Source: Phoronis australis
Lineage: Eukaryota > Animalia > Phoronida
Direction: 5' to 3'
Length of the DNA: 64,000 nucleotides
Assembly: GCA_002633005.1 (NCBI GenBank)
Contig: NMRA01000119.1
Coordinates: forward strand, 62,001-126,000
Shown piece by piece: positions 48,518-59,020 of this stretch. A program made the translations under genes and the position numbers. The notes beneath the pieces were generated by a model. That model was not told where the DNA came from and searched no databases. It saw nothing but the letters and a program-made list of their open reading frames with translations. Positions within the stretch are counted from its first letter, which is position 1, and each line of letters opens with the position of its first letter.

Positions 48518-51176
48518 TTAAGTGTTTGTGAAGAACACTCTTCCCTGTAATATTTTATGTACTATCACGACTAAGGCAAAAGAGACTTGTTTATATGTAC
48601 CGGGTATATGAGTATCTATTAAATGATCTGAACTCTACAGTATACAAAGGATGACTGAGGCCACACAGCTACTAGCATACACTATGTATAATGTTGTTGA
48701 CCATAATTAATTGCACCTGACAGTATAAACAAAGAGTGAAGTACTGAGCTCACCATGTTACACCCCTTCCTCGATGGATGAAGTTCGTCATCTCTTAAAC
48801 CAAAGAACAAAAATGTGAGGAAAATTATGGAGATTTTTTTAAGTCGCATTACCTCGACAAAAGTCTGTGCAATCGCTTTCGGTCTAAACATATCGTGTAG
48901 TCCACACCGTACAGCTTCCTGTTCATCAGTGCCATCCTTCTCACCAACAGCTTCAGATTCTCCCTGTTATAACTATCCACTACCGCTGAATGCCTTTAAA
49001 AACGTTTCATGGATTAAACATACAAACTTCTTAAATTATATCATTGAATTTTTCTGCAACAATGTATCGTATTCATTAATCATATCTTAAATGTCAATTG
49101 TTATATAGTGTTTGATTTTACTTTATTTCTGTTTCTGTTGACGAAGGACATTATTATGTCCGAAAATTTCAGTTGATCCATTCTTGTTGTTTTATTTACC
49201 TATTAATTTTGTATTCAATTCCAGTATCATACTGAATATGATAGCTGAACGCGTTTATCTAAATGCTTCTACTCATACTCTGAAGTTCTATTATGGTATT
49301 GGGAGATTCATCAACCTGATCTTAAAAAGAGTGAAGCAGGAGACAAAATGATGATATCTCCCATAACACTACTTGAATCATCCATCTACTTACTCATCCA
49401 GTCGTAGTAGAAGAGAAGATACAAGTATAGCTCCACCAAATATTTTCAGCAAATTACAAGGAGGAGCTGTCTTAATTAAAATAAAAGCATGTGAGTGCAT
49501 TGAAGGACATCCTTGCAGTCCTGTAAAATTTCAATCATTACTAAAAGATTATACTTTTTGAGTATCGCAGCGAATATAAAACAAATACTTGCCACTGCAG
49601 TCAGATTTCAAATCCAAATTCCAGATTGATGGAGACATTAGTTTGTGCATAGACTGTACAATCTATGGTTTGTGAGAATCGTCATCCCGACTAAGATGGC
49701 AGGCAGATTACTGCATATTGACTGGTAGTGGGAGTTGAACCCATTTGTTATCACAATTGAGAGTTCCGCCAGCAAGCCATGAACATGAGAATGTTACTTA
49801 ATGAGGAAAGCTAAACTTGCCGATTATGAAAGCACTTAAATTCGTTCATATGTACAAACTGACAATACCACCACAAACACCCCTTGACACACTTTGCATG
49901 AGGGAACACGGGTTATTCTCCACAATATGTCTTAAATATGGATTGCAGCAAGTGGAACATTTTCTACAGAGTCGTTTAATAAATGCACGCTGCACCCGTG
50001 AAGTCCCTTACCATAACTTTTTCACCTTCTTTACCTGGCTGGCATGAAACACTGCTCATGCACTCTTTTGACAACATCGTAGATCTTGAGGTTTGAATCT
50101 GCACGCGGTTGGACAGGTTGCCATCATATTGATACCCTACAAACAACCCTGAAAAGGTATAATAGATATAGCAAATATACAAGGCAAAGTATGTTCGACT
50201 ACACTGAGAGGAATAAGTACAAGCAGCCAAGTAAAAGTTTTATATTTCTTTTCTCAATGGTTGCCAAAATTTATTTTCGTTGCCAAACCAAGCGATTTTG
50301 AAGTTACATAAAAAGTAATTGCTTTCAGATTCAAAATAAATGGCTTGAGTCCCGCACACAGTAAAATGTTGCTCTCGTGAGGGGGAATATACACAGTTTT
50401 CATCTAGTCTTAATCCATTGTAAATTTAACCACACTAAATGTGAAACATTGAAATATGCACATGAGTGCAACTATGCCACAAATGGTATGCTTATGGGGG
50501 TGTTCATTAGTACCAAAGAACTGGTGCATGTTCAAGCAAACACGATGGCCATTAAAATTAAAGATGGGCTCAAGGTGGTGCAAAGTACATCAAAATTGTT
50601 TGAAAAGGTACTGACGTATCCTAGTGAACGAAAGATCCAGAGAATCCATCAAAGAACTCCCAAGACAGGTAAATGTGAAGAACTTGGAAATTAGTCACAA
50701 GATGGCAAAGCGATAGTCGTATTGGTCAAAAACTCTTTGACGTCAGTCGACAGCTTCACAGGAATTTCTACCACACCGACTTGACTGGAGGAAGAGATGA
50801 GGCTCCTCTAAGAGCTTCATATACCAGATGCTATTTGGCGAATAATGCCTCACAGTCAGATCTAGGATGTCGCAATGGGGTAAGGTAATTTTCAGTCAAC
50901 TGAATCATGCATGGCACTGAATGGCAATGGTAGTTTATTCACTATTCATTTTTCAATAAACATAACCAAATTTCAATCTGTGAACAGCGAAACAACAGCA
51001 CCAGTCTTACTTTGCTCTTTGAAGTGCACGCGGTTCCTGCAGATGGTCATTGCAATGGACTCGTCCAAACGAGACGAACCCGTTGCTGTTTCGCTAAGTT
51101 TAATTGAGGGCTTTTAAGTTTTATGCCGCTGTGAAACGACAATCAACTGGTTGGCAATCGGTACTATTTTAAGAAG

Positions 51177-53570
51177 ATGTCGAGATCAGAAAGCACGGGA
51201 CCAAATCCTCCTGCTGAAAGTGACTCATTTGCTGAAACTAGTATTCCTGAACCGGAACACTACAAGTCTAAATGGAAATATCTGCAGGTGATCCAGCTAA
51301 TGACTCGTCACAGTGGCCAAACGTGTGGAATTACGATCAGTGGATGGAATTCAAGAAAAAGTATCCCTGGTTGGAACACAAGGATGCGTTTCTTGCTATA
51401 ATGTACTAGACCTAGGTTTGATGAAAGAAAGTGGCGTATCAATATCTTCGTAGTGGACTCAGTTTCTGATAGAAGCAGCTGGAGATTCCCGACTGGCTAA
51501 ACTTAAGTCGCTTAGGAGTAAAATCAGTCGTCATATGAGCTCTAAAGCCCAAACATTGCTCAAAATATTGACGAAACGAAAAGTAAAAGAGCTATTGAAA
51601 ATACATTGGTTACTAAGCTGCAGCTTATGAGCAGAACGGAAAAAGTCTTCAGAACAGCGTATTCACTTGTTCAAATGAATCGTCCGTTTACCGATCACGA
51701 GTATCTCATAAACCTTCAAAAACTGAATGGTTTGAATTTGGGTGTTACGCTCCATTCTCGTTTCAGTGCAACGTCCATAACCAAGGACATAACCAAGCAA
51801 ATGCGCGAAAAAATCGTCAGTACAGTTATAGCAGAAAATAGCAAGATAGCTGTGTTAGTCGATGAAGCTACAACGGTAAGCAAATTATGCGCACTGATCA
51901 TTTACATAAGAGCATCTATTGGTGGTAGCGATCCACTTTTTATAATGCTTGACCTTGTCCAGCTTGAACAACAAACTGTCGAATCCATTGAAGCGTCCCT
52001 CCTTAAAAGTCTACAAGAGTGTGGTTTTACGATGGAATGTTTACAAGAGCATCTCGTTGCATTTGCAAGTGACGGCGCCAGTGTCTTGACAGGAAAACGT
52101 TCTAGAGTTGCAACAAGATTACGCGAACGCTTCTCTAGACTATTGACAAGGCACTGCTTAAACCACAGACTTGTTTTGGCAGTTGGGAATGCCGTGACTG
52201 GTTGTGGTCATTTCAGAGTATTTATGGATAAACTCTATTCACTTTGCAGATCACCCAAAAACCAAGCCACGTTGAAAGCTGCAGCTGCTGATCTTGAGTG
52301 CCAGTTTGTTGGAATAGGTATCGTGCTTGACGTTCGTTGGGTGGCAAGCAGTTTCAGCACGGTAAAGGCAGTGAACGCACTAGGGCCTACATCTACACTT
52401 CGAGTTAGAAAGTGAAAACAGGAACCGTCATTCAAGTGATCGGAGTATGTTTTTGAGATTACTGCGATACTTGGAATCAGTGGCGGATTTAGGGGGAGGG
52501 GGNNNNNNNNNNNNNNNNNNNNNNNNNNNNNNNNNNNNNNNNNNNNNNNNNNNNNNNNNNNGGGGGGTGAATAAACAATGCATAGGGCCTGAAAAAACCC
52601 CGTTTACAGTTTTTTCTTTTTTTAGTCAAAAGGTGCGCAAACCCAAAAATTCGAGACTACCGCATCCCTACATTTTAGGGTGGGCTCGCGCATCTGCCGA
52701 AATTCTGGTTATTCCTGTGCCCTGGCCCCCCTAACTCAAAATCCTGGATCCGCCCCTCACCTTCATTCAGAATCTTGTGCTGATGCATGATTTGCTGGAA
52801 GAGCTATCAAACCTTTCTTTGGGTCTACAATGCAGAACCACAATAATACCGCAAGCAGACAAGCTTATTCGTCGGACGGTTCGCGTCCTCAAGTCTATGG
52901 TTGATAATCCCGGGCAGGCATTCGCCACTGCACTGACATGTGTTAAAGAGAAGAGGTTTGGGTCACTGGAACTGAAGGAAACCCTTAAAGGAACAACCGT
53001 GACCATATGCCCTGGTCAGTTTATTCAAAGTGTTGTTGTGAACCTGGAACGCCGTTTACTTGACAATGATAAGCAGTCATTTTGCTCTTGTCTGGTCATC
53101 TTGGAACCCAAAACGTGGCCGATGGGATCCGGGATAAGACATGGCGGGCATGAAGTCAGGCGTATTTGCGAACGGTTTGGGCTGGTTGCCACATCGGCAA
53201 TCAGGGGAATGCGCGAGTTCATAGAAATGGAGGAAACGGTTAGAGTAAACAACCTACCAAGTGCTCTGCGACAACTGGACCTCTGTATTAAGACTCTTCC
53301 TTGCAGTACAGCTGAATGTGAACGAGGTTTCAGCGAAATGACTCGGATAGTAACAGACTCTTGCTCTTGTTTGCTTTTATAAACCACCCCCAGCTTGCTG
53401 TTAGGCAAGGTCAATGGTCCCCGCGTTCCATGTTCGACCCACAACCTTATGCCGAAACGTGGTTTCGACATCACAGAATTGCTGATAGTTCTCAATCGAG
53501 ATCATGTGACTTGGAAAAGAACAAAACTGACGATAAAATAAGTTTGTGGAGGATTCTGCAGCTAAGCACT
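51177..53570 (+). pseudogene. Decayed hAT transposase, KIAA1586/ZNF862-like
   Basis: Motifs KKYPWL, NRPFTD, AVLVDEAT (D), FASDGASV (D), HCLNHRL (CxxH), DVRWVASS, PCSTAECERGFS (E). Several frameshifts and stops, plus a MITE inserted at about 52478-52757. Confidence 0.85.
52478..52757. mobile_element. MITE (CAGTGGCGGAT...ATCCGCCCCT) inserted into the hAT transposase; contains an N gap
   Basis: TIR-like ends interrupt LLRYLES/TFIQNLVL; related ends occur at 45861 and 40148-40159. Confidence 0.6.
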
Positions 53571-54251
53571 CTATCTTTGGACTGGTCACTAGTACCTAGT
53601 ATTTTGCTAACTTTAAAAAATAAGAACAGTGGCTTGCAAGAAACCCACACTTCAAGTTTGTGCATTATACATTAGCGCATGCACGTGTGCGCATTGTACA
53701 GAGTGTTCAGCTGATTAAAATATCAGTGCCCGTGTAACATCGTGTTCGTGTAATTAGTCTTTGAAGCGTACGGAATAACGTAATCTCACCGAGTAATGAA
53801 TTTTTTTATTAATATTTCAAGATAAAGTAACATTTATGGCGTCACAGCATAGGTGGATAAAGGGAAATCGAAGTGCTTCCAGGTCAACACCCCACGGGCG
53901 ACTAAAATCGCCACCAAATATGATTTATAGGCGTTACTTTTGCCTTCGAATATGTGTGGTTGGATCCCTTTTCCCCGACATTCTACTACATACTCTAAAT
54001 ACCCACTCCTGAGTCAAAAATAGGCCTACATTTTTGTGAGTCAGGCAGTGCTGTAGAGGGGCGTAGGTACATGTAGGCGCAACCAACCACCTTTTTGGCA
54101 TAGCGCTTACGCACCGTAAGTGCTCAAGGTGATGCGGTGGGCTCTGGGCGCATACTTACCTCTAATTTTGCCACTACAGCACTGCTCTCCAATCTTCGTG
54201 AGCCCCAGTTCGGACTTCTTTGACACTGCGTTTGGCCGCCAGCTTTTGTCA

Positions 54252-55701
54252 TTTTTATGCGCCCACATATTTATATGTCGTCATCTCCGCCCGTCCGACG
54301 TCCGCCCAGCGTTCGTTTGGCGTCCACTGCAACCCTTTGACGTATGTTCATGAAATTTTGCACGTGTTCCTTTCATAGATGGGACTGCATGAGCGAACTC
54401 AGTTTCGGACGGATCCGACTACCGGTGTGCCCCTGCCCCCTAGGCTATTTTAGTTTTTTACGCTTACCTCTGTATCTTCAAAGGTCCTCAACGTATTTTC
54501 ATAAAATTTGGAATATGGGCGTGTATTAGTTGGATAACGCTAAGCTCCCGTTTTCGGATGGAGTCGACATAGTTTGCGCCACCTAGTGACCATTTTTACT
54601 GTTTTCGAGCTTTTTTGGCGTCCATCCGTCTATCAATCAAACCGCTCTAAGAATGATTGTGAAAATTGGCATATCTCTTCTTACTATGAGGAGGACGACT
54701 CGTGACTTCGATCACTGTGGTGCTTCCTAGTGGCAGTTTTTTGTTTGTTTGCGCCCATGACTGTAGGCTATCTCCTAAACTGTTTCGGCAGGATTTGTAT
54801 TCAGTTTAGCAAGTGTATAATATATGATGTTGAAAACGTGGACAACGACGACTTTCGGATCGATCGGACTACCGATATGCCCCATAGAGGTATTTTTAGT
54901 TTTTTATGTTATCTTCAAAGGTGCTCAACGGATTTTCATAAAATTTGGCATATAAGGCATCTATTAGTGAGATGACAATATCCTTTCGTTTTCGGACGGA
55001 TTCGATGTAGTTAGCGCCACCTAGTGGTCATTTTTACCGTTTTCGAGTCGTCGTCCCCTCCATCAACCAAACCGATCTAAGGATTATTGTGAAAATTGGC
55101 ACGTATGTTCAGTTTTACTATGAAGAGGACGGCTCATGGTGATTTTCCGACGACATCGATTACTGTGGCGCCTCCTAGTTGCAGTTTTTTGCGCCCATGG
55201 CTGTATCTCCTAAACCGTTTGCAGGATCTTTACTAAATTTAGCAAGTGTATTTATATGATTATGACATTGGACGACCACAACTTTCAGACGGGTCTGACT
55301 ACCGGTGTGCCACCTAGTCGCAACTTTATTTTTTTACATTTACGTGTGTATCTTCAAAGGTTCTTAACGGATGTACATAAAATTTGGTATATGGGCATCT
55401 ATTAGTGAGATGACGCTTTACTCACATTTTCAGATGTAATCGAGGTATTTTGCTGTTTTGGAGTCCACCCTCTATCAACCAAGCTATTCGAATCTAAAGA
55501 TGATTTTGAAAATTAGCGTATACGATTGACGATAGACGACTTTGACCACTGTGGCGCTGTTTTATTTGTTTCTCTGAAGTTCCTTGACAGACGTTTTTGC
55601 TCCATCTAGTGGTCATTTTTATGATACAAATAAATAACCCTAGGAGCACCCAGTTTGCAATGCATTCGTGGGCGCATTTCGACGCTCCGCGTCGCTCTTG
55701 T
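54252..55701 (+). mobile_element. Helentron/DINE-1-like non-autonomous element with about three ~440-bp tandem core repeats
   Basis: 5' subTIR ATGCGCCCAC (54257) and 3' GTGGGCGCAT (55668); GTCC-like microsatellite; 3' hairpin CGACGC-tcc-GCGTCG (55680-55694); TATCTTCAAAGG recurs at ~440-bp spacing. Confidence 0.7.
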
Positions 55702-56028
55702 CGTTATTGAGTTTGTTCGGCTGAGATGTTTCTTTGGTCTCTCTGAGTTAATTTTATTGTTGCTACAGGCACAATGTAAGTAAACTGATAGTTTTGTCCA
55801 TATTTCGATAGTTTGTTGGTGCTTCTAGTGATAGGTTTTTCTTTTTGTGTCGTTTTGTAAAAGAGGCGCGAAGGAGGCCAGCCTTCTGTATTTAGGCGTT
55901 AAATCCGTCACTTAAAAGGCAATGGGGTAGTAGATTTGCGCTGTAGTGCTGCATAATACGCTAATATAGAGCACATCTCGCAAGAACACATGGGAGAGGG
56001 CCACCTTTCGGAGAGACCAGATTTATGT

Positions 56029-56450
56029 TGAATATGTCAATCTCAATATTCCGCGGAAATATTTTGCAAACGTTTAAGTCTGCATGGTTAGCAGAAGGTC
56101 CTGGGTTCGAGTCCCGGTTGGGGCAGAAATCTTTCCGAACTTGTGATCATTAAGTCACGTGATGTGGTCAACAGATGGCGTGGAAGCACGACCGACTTAA
56201 ATGTTTGCAACACATTTTCCACACTTTATTGAGATTGACATATTCATATTCTAGGGTGAGATGCCCTCTACTAATTCTGATCAGATTTTTGTGTTTGACC
56301 AGTGATCCCGATGGCTAGAGCGTCTGAGCGGTTAGCAGAAGGTCCTGGGTTCGAGTCCCGGTCGGAGCAGAAATCTTTTCGAACTTATACTCATTAGGTC
56401 ATGTGGTGTGGCCAAGAGATGGCGTGCAGACACGACTTAAATGTTTGCAA
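56029..56450 (+). repeat. Two tandem tRNA-derived (SINE-like) units; the first is enclosed by inverted repeats
   Basis: GGTTAGCAGAAGGTCCTGGGTTCGAGTCCCGG (B box) at about 56086 and 56330; TGAATATGTCAATCTCAATA (56029) and TATTGAGATTGACATATTCA (ending 56246) form a perfect 20-bp inverted repeat. Confidence 0.65.
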
Positions 56451-58532
56451 AAGATTAATGTTCATGTTGACTCTATTATTAATTATTTCACGATGAAGTA
56501 GCATTAGTTGCCAGTTTCAACGCTGATATTGTGATAACCAATCAAAATCCAACTCGCACCATTACTCAGCTAAACCGACATCCCAGAGCACTGAGGAGAT
56601 GACCGAGATACCAACATCTGAGCTTTAACAGTCAGCCTCGTTATGTGCAAAAATTGATGTCTGCCGTTGTCTACATTGTGAGTGTAAACCCTGGGGGTCC
56701 TTTCAAGGGTACAAATATGAGCTAGATTAGATATTCGATGTACTGTTCAAAAACGAGCAATCGTGACGCAGTTAACTCGGAATGACGTTGAAAAAACATC
56801 TAGACGACGACATTTTCAATTAAGGACATTGTATTGAAGGACACTCGATATATTAAATCGCGGGACGTTCGAAATCCAACAAATTATAGAAAATTTCCAT
56901 TCATCATAAATTGTTGCAGAACGAGAGTTTGTCAACCTTCCTACTGCAAGAATGGCAGAAAGACCTAAATGGACCAGTTAACTAGTGGACAAAACAATCG
57001 TTATCTCGATGGTGCCAATTGTATTCGCTTTGAACACATTGGTCTTTGGCCAATGGTGTAATTCTCAAAAGAATTCATGTTGCACGTTCTTCACTAAGAG
57101 TTGTAGTAGAGGCAATAAGCCTAATTTACCAGCCCTCGGAGTTCAGTAACGTTAGAACCTCGCTAAAAATCAAGACGTCACGAGATTACTAGAGATAGTG
57201 CTGTTTTAAATGAGAACACGTGTTTTTGGTCAGACTTTAGCAAGGTCCTAACATGGGTCCTAGCGTTACCGAATCTCAGAAATCTAAGGTAACATCGATT
57301 TTCAGCAGCAGGCCGTATTTGATTTCTTTTTGGATTTCTGGCGGCCACAGTACGATTTGTCTGTTGGGTCATTCGGTTTTCAGTGCGATATGATTGTTTT
57401 TTATTTTAAATTGTTATGTTAATAGGTAGCTCAAATATATAATCTAGATTCAAATGCTCAGTGGCATACCGTGGTTGAGATTTTTTGAGGTATCTGGTTG
57501 GCACAGTTCAGCCTGTAATTTGTCTGTCCTAATGCATTAAGTGATCAGTGACATGTAATGAATCATATGGAATTTGTTTTCCGTGGTACTCGAAACTTAT
57601 AAGCTACCTCATATTTAGGGGCTCTTGTTAAGTTTCTGGCGGACTCTTACCAGAGTAAACCTACAATGTGTGTTATTGGTCACTCGGTGTTCAGAGCGGC
57701 ACAGGTGTTCGTTTTATATAGTTTTGACCGGTACTTCAAGCATCTAATCTCGCTAAAATTTTTCATTGGCGTGCCGTTTTTAAGATTTTTGTTGGTTTCT
57801 GGCGGGTACAACCCAGAGTGCATTTTGTCTGTCACAAGGAATTTAGCGGTCAGTTGCGTGCACTGAATCACATCAGAATTGGCTTTATGTTGTAGGCCTA
57901 CCTCGAATGTATGAGCTAGCTCATTTATGGCCGTCCTTTTTGAGTTTTTAGCGGACCCTTGTCGGAGAGCAATTTGTCTGGCATGGGCCATTCTGTGTTC
58001 TGTGCCACACGATTGTTTGTTATTAATCAGTTTTGGCCGGTAGCTCATTTTGGACCCCTTGTAAGAACGCCAGAGGCCACACCTAGCTTGAAAACACCGG
58101 CAGACATCCATTTGTAAACATAGCCTGGTGCATTCTAAGTGCTCCAGTGGTTAGATGTTGGCACCTCGTTCATCTATGCTAAGTGCTGTGGGAGGTTGGT
58201 CTAATCTGCGCAAGTTCGACTGTGCTGACCCTCACACTTCGCTGAAAAGGGAAGCGCCATTCAAGCCAAGTGCAGGGCTACACTTGCCACAATAGATCAA
58301 CGAGTTTCGTAGCTTGCCAACAAAAATGCATGTTTGGCTCAGTTCACAGTTCTCCTTCAGACTAGTGAGCTGCTCTCTTTTCAAACAACTGTTATGTTGT
58401 CAGCAATATTTCTTAGCACATTAATGTGTTCAGCTTTGAATACCATATGATATGCTTCGTGTTAGCTAAAAAAGTCTTGCTTACTTAGTATTTATTAAAA
58501 TGAAACGCTCAAATACATTTTAATGCAATGCA

Positions 58533-59020
58533 TCAAGTCGACGCGATAACTTTGTAAACTTCAAAACGTTTCCAATCACCGGTACATCCCAAGCTTTGCG
58601 ACGCCCCGTAATTCTTTTTCTGACAAGAAACGTTTTGCCCCGCCAGTGGGAGGTCGTTATCTCCAAACTCCGGGTATCCGTTCTTTAAGGAAATTGCGGT
58701 TGTTCCTGTGGTCTGGTTTATATCTAATTTCGTAGCGCAACTAGCCTGGGTGCAATTAGCACTCATACTAAAAATGAAAGCCGTTTGATCAGTATTGGTG
58801 TTGTTGCTTTTCCACATTGCCGCCGTGTACCCACCAAATAAATCTCCACTTGATTCCGCTACCCCAACTACCAATGTGGGTCTCGCATTGCCGACACTAC
58901 CATTGAAAGTGCTTGTACTGTCAGAAGAGTTATAGATTAAGTGGAACTGCTCGACGCCAGAGATCCATTCTCCGCTTATCAAAACATCCAAATGTCCCGC
59001 AGTCAATAAGCCATAAGGTG
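58533..59020 (-). CDS. Terminal exon encoding a TLDc domain
   Basis: ttcag acceptor; TLDc motifs LIYNSSD..F...V.N..PTLVV....SGDLFGGYT...W, AFIFS, GYPEFGDNDL, FEVY; stop at 58533. Confidence 0.8.

Larger units (their letters stand above)
42267..54184 (+). mobile_element. Putative ~12-kb hAT element bounded by 14-bp TIRs, with nested insertions
   Basis: CAGTGCTGTAGTGG at 42267 and its perfect reverse complement CCACTACAGCACTG ending at 54184; flanking 8-mers CGTTCCAA and CTCTCCAA match at 6/8; encloses the hAT transposase. Confidence 0.45.

Noticed and set aside
52503-52561. X-run within ORF 52447-52734
   Set aside because: Assembly gap (N run) inside a G-rich MITE, not protein.
56300-56372. 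Functional tRNA-Asn gene
   Set aside because: Only the T arm and part of the anticodon arm are tRNA-like; the acceptor and D stems do not pair, and it is embedded in a repeat.
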